Assembly: GCA_018649885.1 (NCBI GenBank)
Contig: JABIHA010000138.1
Coordinates: forward strand, 62,001 to 114,735
DNA from: Bacteriovoracaceae bacterium
GTDB lineage: Bacteria; Bdellovibrionota; Bacteriovoracia; Bacteriovoracales; Bacteriovoracaceae
Direction: 5' to 3'
DNA length: 52,735 nucleotides
The position numbers were made by a program, and so were the translations under genes. Position 1 is the stretch's first letter, and each line of letters opens with the position of its first letter. Shown piece by piece: positions 47,127 to 52,735 of this stretch. A model generated the notes under the pieces. It saw only the letters and a list, made by a program, of their open reading frames with translations. It searched no databases and was not told the origin of the DNA.

Positions 47127-48266
47127 GTGAAACAAAGTTTATTGTCGAGTGATTTGGGAATTGATGATTTTATTAAAGGTTATTGGAACCGTGAATCGCT
47201 GCTACTGAAAAGTGGGCTAAGTGGAGCTTCTGCTCTTGCAAGCTTTGAGGAGATTTTAGATTTTGGTGGGGAAGCTCAGTTTGAATCAAGAATGGTAATT
47301 GAAAAACTGGGAGGTAAAGACTATAAGTGCCTTCCTGGTCCAATCGAATTATCAGAGCTTGACATGGATGATGATGAAAGGTGGACACTTTTAGCTCACG
47401 GTTTAAATCTTTATAATCCTGATTTTTTTGAGTTGGCCCAAAAGTTCAATTTTATTCCCAACTGGATGTTTGACGACATCATGGCGAGTTATTCTAAGGA
47501 AGGTGCCTCTGTTGGCGCTCATATTGACCACTATGGTGTTTTTATAATTCAGGGTCTTGGAAAGAGGAAATGGCTTTTAGAAAATAATCCAAACCCTGCT
47601 TATATTCCAAATCTCGAAATAAAATTGCTGGCAGAATTTCATCCCGATCAGGAGTATATTCTTGAAAGCGGTGATGTACTCTACATACCACCCGGAGTTG
47701 CTCACCACGGAATTAGCTTAACCGATAGCTTGTCTTACTCAGTTGCTTTTAGGTCTTATTCAGATTTTGATTATCTCGCCTCTTTTGGTGATTTTGGTGC
47801 TGATACTTCAAAAGGAGGAGTTGCTATTCACCCAGTAGTAGAATCTTCATCTGAAACTGATGTTATTACAGACCAATATATTTTAAAAATTCAAGACTCA
47901 TTTAAAAAGGCCATCTCCGATAAGGAGCAACTATCTATATGGTTGGGTCAAATGATGAGTGCTCCAAGAATGGCCTTTGAAAAAGGTGAAAAGCTTTGCA
48001 GTGAGCAGTTTTTTGGTCTTCTTACCCAGGGAGCAGAGCTTTTTCACAGTGAGCATTTAAGGATGAATGTGGATGAGTCGAGAGTGCATCTCTTTATCGG
48101 AGGAAAACGCTTTGACTATTCACAACAGGCCTATCTCTTCTTTCAAAAAATTGTAGGAGCAGCTCCCTTTGAGAGCTTTACATTAAATGATCAAAAATTA
48201 GGTGAAGATGTGAAGAAAATCTTGTATTCTCTACACTGTGAGGGAGTCTTTTTTTATGAAGACTAA
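47127..48266 (+). CDS. roxA: JmjC/cupin ribosomal oxygenase (RoxA/YcfD-like)
   Basis: FIPNWMFDDIMASY, VGAHIDHYGVFIIQGLGKRKW, LESGDVLYIPPGVAHHG; start reassigned to GTG 47127, after the terminator. Confidence 0.85.
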   Translation: MKQSLLSSDLGIDDFIKGYWNRESLLLKSGLSGASALASFEEILDFGGEAQFESRMVIEKLGGKDYKCLPGPIELSELDMDDDERWTLLAHGLNLYNPDFFELAQKFNFIPNWMFDDIMASYSKEGASVGAHIDHYGVFIIQGLGKRKWLLENNPNPAYIPNLEIKLLAEFHPDQEYILESGDVLYIPPGVAHHGISLTDSLSYSVAFRSYSDFDYLASFGDFGADTSKGGVAIHPVVESSSETDVITDQYILKIQDSFKKAISDKEQLSIWLGQMMSAPRMAFEKGEKLCSEQFFGLLTQGAELFHSEHLRMNVDESRVHLFIGGKRFDYSQQAYLFFQKIVGAAPFESFTLNDQKLGEDVKKILYSLHCEGVFFYED

Positions 48267-48269
48267 TTT

Positions 48270-48896
48270 TTGATGATCCATTATGTAAATGAACGAAATA
48301 TTGATGACAGAATTTTATCGGAGGTAAAAGAGGCACTTGAAAAAGGCGAAATTTTGGCCGTTCCAGGTGACACTAACTGGCTACTAACCTGCAATCCGTT
48401 TGCAAAAGGCGCAGTTGAAAAGCTCTACCAATTAAAGAAAGAAAAAACCTCACACCACTTCGCCATTCTATGTTCATCACTATCTCAGGCCACAGACTAT
48501 GCCTATATTGATAACTCAACTTTTAGACAGATAAAATCCTGTATTCCAGGCCATTTTACTTTAATCTTTAAAGCTAAAAAAATTATCTCTAAAACTCTCA
48601 AGGCCTCAAAGTCTGATCACCAGGTGGGCATAAGATTTATTCCAGGCGCACTCATGACAACTTTGATTGAGTTTTTAGGTTTTCCCCTGCTGTGTACTCA
48701 TGTGACTCGCGAATTGCTGGGAATGCCTGAAGACGGAGGGGATATTTACTCCTATCTCATTGAGGAATCCTTATCTCATCAAGTCTCCCATATAATCGAT
48801 CCCGGTGAGTTCGAATTTGTGGGTCCCACAACTGTTATTGATTTTTCTTCCGGAGACGGTGGGGAGATCACTCGAAATGGCAGCGGAAAACTCTAA
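48270..48896 (+). CDS. Sua5/YrdC/YciO family protein (YciO-like)
   Basis: GEILAVPGDT, HHFAILCSSLS, PGHFTLI, VGIR, PTTVID. Confidence 0.85.
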   Translation: MMIHYVNERNIDDRILSEVKEALEKGEILAVPGDTNWLLTCNPFAKGAVEKLYQLKKEKTSHHFAILCSSLSQATDYAYIDNSTFRQIKSCIPGHFTLIFKAKKIISKTLKASKSDHQVGIRFIPGALMTTLIEFLGFPLLCTHVTRELLGMPEDGGDIYSYLIEESLSHQVSHIIDPGEFEFVGPTTVIDFSSGDGGEITRNGSGKL

Positions 48897-48915
48897 GCTA
48901 TTAAAATAATAAGAT

Positions 48916-48974
48916 GATTGCATAATGGCGCAACTATACTCTTGAAACGATTGCATATTCATGCAACTATACTC
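48916..48974. promoter_or_regulatory. Duplicated 26-bp ArsR operator/promoter unit
   Basis: GATTGCATAATGGCGCAACTATACTC (48916-48941) and GATTGCATATTCATGCAACTATACTC (48949-48974); the second holds the perfect palindrome TTGCAT-N4-ATGCAA. Confidence 0.7.
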
Positions 48975-48976
48975 CT

Positions 48977-49306
48977 ATGGATGAAAAAAGCTGTTGCGAT
49001 AAATTTAGCGTAAAAAAATTTGCTTCCCTTTTTAAGGCCCTGGGAGACTCTACAAGATTGGCCATCTTCTCACACCTTTGTGTCTGCCATAAATCCGGAG
49101 ATGGTCAGGGCAATGTGAAAGACGTTTCACAGTGTTGTGAGGTGGATATGTCAGTGGTCTCAAGGCACCTGTCTACTATGAAAAAGGCAGATCTGCTTTT
49201 GGCGGAAAAAAAGGGTAAAGAGGTTTTTTATTCTATCAACTCAAAAGAGCTAGCATCTAAACTTAGGGAGTTGGCCGACTTCATTGAAGGAGACAATCAT
49301 GAGTAA
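48977..49306 (+). CDS. ArsR/SmtB family repressor
   Basis: FKALGDSTRLAI, SVVSRHL, KKGKEVFY; Cys-rich (SCC, CVC, QCC). Confidence 0.92.
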   Translation: MDEKSCCDKFSVKKFASLFKALGDSTRLAIFSHLCVCHKSGDGQGNVKDVSQCCEVDMSVVSRHLSTMKKADLLLAEKKGKEVFYSINSKELASKLRELADFIEGDNHE

Positions 49307-49424
49307 AAAAGTAAGTGATGAAAAATCCAGTGAAGCCTGTTGTAAATTCTGCCCGTGCTCATTTAATGAGACCAGATTAGCGGAATTTTTAAGGCATCTA
49401 GCGGAATTTTTCGACAAGGATTAA
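49299..49424 (+). CDS. 41-aa Cys-rich peptide resembling the N- and C-termini of the upstream ArsR (not in the ORF track)
   Basis: GAAGGAGA RBS; overlaps the arsR end by 8 nt; MSKKVSDEKSSEACCKFCPCSFNETRLAEFLRHLAEFFDKD; followed by a terminator. Confidence 0.75.
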   Translation: MSKKVSDEKSSEACCKFCPCSFNETRLAEFLRHLAEFFDKD

Positions 49425-49434
49425 ACTAAGACAG

Positions 49435-49461
49435 TGGGGGTATAAAAATTACCCCCATTTT
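49435..49461 (+). terminator. Intrinsic terminator closing the arsR-peptide operon
   Basis: TGGGGGTA-N7-TACCCCCA followed by TTTT. Confidence 0.7.
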
Positions 49462-49487
49462 GCATAACTTTAAAAGGAGGTGGTAGC

Positions 49488-49775
49488 GTGGAAAGAAATA
49501 TGAGAAAACACATCAGGTTTAATCCAGGCCCAGAGACAACGGCAAAACTAGATTTTGGTCCGGTCGATGGAGAGTTTAATCACCAACTTTCAGCTCTAGT
49601 TTTTTCTGAAGCGTATAAGGGAGCAGGAATTCTCACTTACGCAGATGATAGAATTGTAAAAGACGCAAAGTTAAAAATAGAAGTTGGCGTCTTAAGTCCA
49701 CTGAAGGCCAAAGTGGCATGGATTGAATCTGTATCAGATGAATTTGTTAAAGTAGGGATAGAATTTCTAGAATAA
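49488..49775 (+). CDS. PilZ-like domain protein
   Basis: RKHIR (RxxxR), degenerate SEAYKGAG second motif, AKVAW...VGIEF; AAGGAGG RBS. Confidence 0.7.
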   Translation: MERNMRKHIRFNPGPETTAKLDFGPVDGEFNHQLSALVFSEAYKGAGILTYADDRIVKDAKLKIEVGVLSPLKAKVAWIESVSDEFVKVGIEFLE

Positions 49776-49781
49776 ATTAGT

Positions 49782-51302
49782 ATGGGCCTTATTGTTACAT
49801 TAAAAGAATTTTTAGAGCTCAAAGATCAATTCAGCTTGGGTGATCTTATGACTGAATCATTTCACCCAGATTCAAAAAACCTCTCAACACTTTCTAATGA
49901 AAATTTAACCCAGGCAATTGAGGTCTTAAACCAAATAGACATTAAGGCCTTGGGCCAGCTAAAAGATAAATTGCAAGATTTGAAACCACTACAAAAGGAA
50001 ATTGGGGCAACCCTTGAAGGTGGGGGCAATATATATCTTTGTGGTTGTGGCGCTACAGGAAGATTGTCACTGACACTTGAAGAAATTTGGAAGAAAAGCT
50101 CACCCGATAAAGATAGAGTTAGAGCTTTTATGGCCGGAGGAGATGTGGCCATGGTGCGATCAGTGGAGCACTTTGAGGACAACCCTCAATTTGGAGCTGA
50201 TCATTTAAAGGAATTAGGTTTTTGTGATGGAGACCTTTTAATTGGAATTACTGAAGGTGGCGAAACTTCTTTTGTTATAGGTGCTACCGAGCATGCTTCG
50301 AAGAATTCCCATAGAAAACCCTACTTTGTTTACTGTAACCCTACCAAGGATTTAGTTAATACTGCTATTCGTTCTAAAGAGATTATTGAAAACGCAAATG
50401 TGAACGAAGTCTGTCTTAGCTGTGGACCTATGGCCATTTCTGGTAGCACTAGAATGCAGGCGTCTACTATTCAAATGTTGGCCGTCGGTCTTTGTTTATT
50501 TGAAACCACAGACCTCGATCTCCAGTTTAATGGATTTATGAATTTTTTTGAATCTATGCGTGCGCCAAAATTTTTGGCCTCTTTCATTGAAAGTGAGGCG
50601 CGGGAATATGATTCAGGAAATTATATTGAGTACATCAGTAATGAGTTGGGGATAGTTGTTTTAACCGATACCACTGAAAGGTCTCCAACATTTGGCCTAC
50701 CAGCTTTTGAAAGCTATCACGCAGGTAGCGGTGATATTTTGTCTCACTGTTATTTTTCAAATAGCGCTGATGATTCATTAAAGGCCTGGAGAAAGATTCT
50801 TGGTCGTGATCCCTATCCATTGATGTGGGATGATACTGTAGAGCTAACCGGTATGGAGCGCTTATTGTCGTTTGACTTTGGACTGACCGGAAAAGAGAAA
50901 AGACAAAAAAGAGTGTCGGGGGGCCAAAAAGAATTTTTAGTTGATAAGCACAGAGATTCTATTAAGCTTCAATTTAATGAGATTTCTCATGATATTGAAC
51001 TGGAGACTGATAATAAGCTTTTTTACTACAGTCTTCTCAAAACAATTTTGAATATCCATTCAACTCTCGTAATGGGGAGAATGGGGCGCTATCAAGGCAA
51101 CATTATGACCTGGGTGAAGCCTGCCAACTTAAAGTTAATCGACCGAGCTATCCGCTATACTTGCCAGATTTTAGTGCAAAACTATGACTTGGACCCGGGA
51201 TACAACGAGGTGGCCAAGGTTTTATTTGAGCTGGCAAAAAATAGAACCCCAGATGAGTCGATTGTTTTAAAAATCATAGCCTTTTTCACTGCAGCAAAAT
51301 AA
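49782..51302 (+). CDS. SIS-domain protein, glucokinase-regulatory-protein/MurQ-like
   Basis: LMTESFHP, CGCGATGRL, MAGGD, IGITEGGET, GPMAISGSTRMQ, STLVMGRMG, NLKLIDRA. Confidence 0.75.
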   Translation: MGLIVTLKEFLELKDQFSLGDLMTESFHPDSKNLSTLSNENLTQAIEVLNQIDIKALGQLKDKLQDLKPLQKEIGATLEGGGNIYLCGCGATGRLSLTLEEIWKKSSPDKDRVRAFMAGGDVAMVRSVEHFEDNPQFGADHLKELGFCDGDLLIGITEGGETSFVIGATEHASKNSHRKPYFVYCNPTKDLVNTAIRSKEIIENANVNEVCLSCGPMAISGSTRMQASTIQMLAVGLCLFETTDLDLQFNGFMNFFESMRAPKFLASFIESEAREYDSGNYIEYISNELGIVVLTDTTERSPTFGLPAFESYHAGSGDILSHCYFSNSADDSLKAWRKILGRDPYPLMWDDTVELTGMERLLSFDFGLTGKEKRQKRVSGGQKEFLVDKHRDSIKLQFNEISHDIELETDNKLFYYSLLKTILNIHSTLVMGRMGRYQGNIMTWVKPANLKLIDRAIRYTCQILVQNYDLDPGYNEVAKVLFELAKNRTPDESIVLKIIAFFTAAK

Positions 51303-51371
51303 GCTTTCTATGCACAATTCGTAATATTCAGGCCATACTGTTCGTTTTAGTATTACAACCTAGAGGAAGCT

Positions 51372-52544
51372 ATGGCCCAGTACCAATCCCTTAATTTTTT
51401 CGACACCGACTCACTTTTTACTGCTGAACAAATATCCATTAGAGATAGTGTTAGAGATTTTGTCACAGATAGAGTTCTTCCGGTGCTGCAAGATAGTCAT
51501 AGAAATGAAACTTTTCCTATGCATCTTGTTTCAGAAATTGGGGATCTTGGTCTATTGGGGGCCAACCTAAAAGGTTATGAATGTGCGGGCATAGACAATA
51601 TTGCATACGGCCTTGTGATGCAAGAGCTAGAGCGAGGAGACTCAGGACTCAGATCTTTCGTCTCTGTTCAAGGCGCCCTTTGTATGTGGCCCATTTATGC
51701 CTATGGCAGTGAAGAGCAAAAACAAAAATACCTTCCTAAAATGGCGAAAGGTGAATTCATTGGATGCTTTGGTTTGACTGAGCCCGACTTTGGATCAAAC
51801 CCTGGTGGCATGACCACCACTGCAAAGTCTCTGCCTGGTGGAGGCTACGCTATAAACGGCAATAAAATGTGGATCACCAACGGAACCATTGCAGATGTGG
51901 CCGTGGTTTGGGCCAGACTCGACGGTGAGAGAATCAGAGGATTCTTGGTAGATAAAGGCACAAAAGGATTTACCACCTCTTTAATGAAAGGAAAGTTTTC
52001 CCTTAGGTGTAGTCTTACAGGAGAGCTTCACTTCCAAGATTGCGAAATTTCTGCAGATAGTATTCTTCCCGAGGGTATTGGACTTAAAGCACCACTAGGT
52101 TGTTTATCTCAAGCGAGATACGGTATAGCCTGGGGTGTAGTAGGAGCTGCCGATGCTTGTTATCACGAGGCCTTAAATTATACGAAAGAGAGAATGATTT
52201 TTGATAAACCTCTTGCTGGCTATCAATTGGTTCAGGCAAAGCTTGCCAAAATGGTTCAAGAAATAACTAAGGCGCAACTGCTTGTGATTCAACTAGGCAA
52301 CTTAAAAGAGTCTGGAAGAATTCAGCCCCATCAAATTTCCCTGGCAAAGATGAATAACTGTCGTATGGCGCTAGACTGTGCTCGCGAGGCCCGGGATATG
52401 TTGGGGGCCAATGGTATTATCGATGAATATCCTGTCATCAGACATATGTTGAATCTTGAAACAGTTAATACCTATGAAGGAACTGAAGATATTCACAAGC
52501 TTGTTATTGGTCGTGAAGTGACGGGACTTGCCGCTTTCAAATAG
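51372..52544 (+). CDS. gcdH: Glutaryl-CoA dehydrogenase (acyl-CoA dehydrogenase family)
   Basis: ELERGDSGLRSFVSVQ, GCFGLTEPDFGSNPG, ARYGIAWG, LETVNTYEGTEDIH. Confidence 0.9.
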   Translation: MAQYQSLNFFDTDSLFTAEQISIRDSVRDFVTDRVLPVLQDSHRNETFPMHLVSEIGDLGLLGANLKGYECAGIDNIAYGLVMQELERGDSGLRSFVSVQGALCMWPIYAYGSEEQKQKYLPKMAKGEFIGCFGLTEPDFGSNPGGMTTTAKSLPGGGYAINGNKMWITNGTIADVAVVWARLDGERIRGFLVDKGTKGFTTSLMKGKFSLRCSLTGELHFQDCEISADSILPEGIGLKAPLGCLSQARYGIAWGVVGAADACYHEALNYTKERMIFDKPLAGYQLVQAKLAKMVQEITKAQLLVIQLGNLKESGRIQPHQISLAKMNNCRMALDCAREARDMLGANGIIDEYPVIRHMLNLETVNTYEGTEDIHKLVIGREVTGLAAFK

Positions 52545-52607
52545 AGGATCTCTCCCTTAGAAAAATAATCGACTAGAGAATTAATTTTATTCTGAAATAC
52601 CAGTTCT

Positions 52608-52690
52608 TATAATCGTATAATCGTATAATCGTATAATCGTATAATCGTATAATCGTATAATCGTATAATCGTATAATCGTATAATCGTAT
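52608..52690. repeat. Perfect tandem repeat (TATAATCG)x10 plus TAT
   Basis: 8-bp unit starting at 52608, 52616, ... 52680, read directly from the sequence. Confidence 0.95.
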
Positions 52691-52735
52691 TATTGAACCT
52701 TAGTTTTATGTCGGTAATATTTGAGCTGAACGTAA

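Noticed and set aside
335..50820. Numerous 60-136 aa ORFs antisense to or nested in longer genes (e.g. 335-547, 6273-6575, 12098-12463, 22644-23054, 37553-37912, 49862-50182)
   Set aside because: They overlap well-supported CDSs and show no recognisable motifs; treated as shadow ORFs
52608..52690. CRISPR array
   Set aside because: 8-bp units with no spacers and no cas genes; it is a simple tandem repeat

Overview
AT-rich bacterial chromosomal window. The gene content (two TIGR02147/DUF4423-type HTH proteins, a CPAF-like protease, prepilin-type and many signal-peptide proteins, a degenerate HD-GYP) suggests Bdellovibrionota, probably Bacteriovoracaceae/Halobacteriovorax-like; this is inference. 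Housekeeping content: the 3' end of a cytochrome c oxidase assembly cluster, an Fe-S maturation operon (iscA-ygfZ/TPR-bolA-grxD-arsC-like-trxB-like), lipid genes (desaturase, SDR, agpS-glpD-DAGK), an Fe3+-type ABC importer, ABC-F, roxA, yciO-like and gcdH. I found no rRNA, tRNA, CRISPR array or intact transposase. Most notable observations: (1) an ArsR repressor coupled to an unannotated 41-aa Cys-rich peptide resembling the repressor with its DNA-binding domain deleted; (2) a type IV pilin-like protein with an intact Hint (intein-like) domain, next to a PDZ-less S41 protease; (3) a BlaI plus BlaR1(M56)-lytic transglycosylase sensor with tandem operators; (4) an exported dikinase-like protein; (5) a secreted ankyrin gene bracketed by diverged inverted repeats, one inside a candidate sRNA; (6) an amber-interrupted mutT; (7) a 105-bp MITE-like palindrome; (8) a promoter-driven 61-aa peptide upstream of an ABC-F gene; (9) a (TATAATCG)x10 array. 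Family calls come from motif recognition by eye, not database searches.
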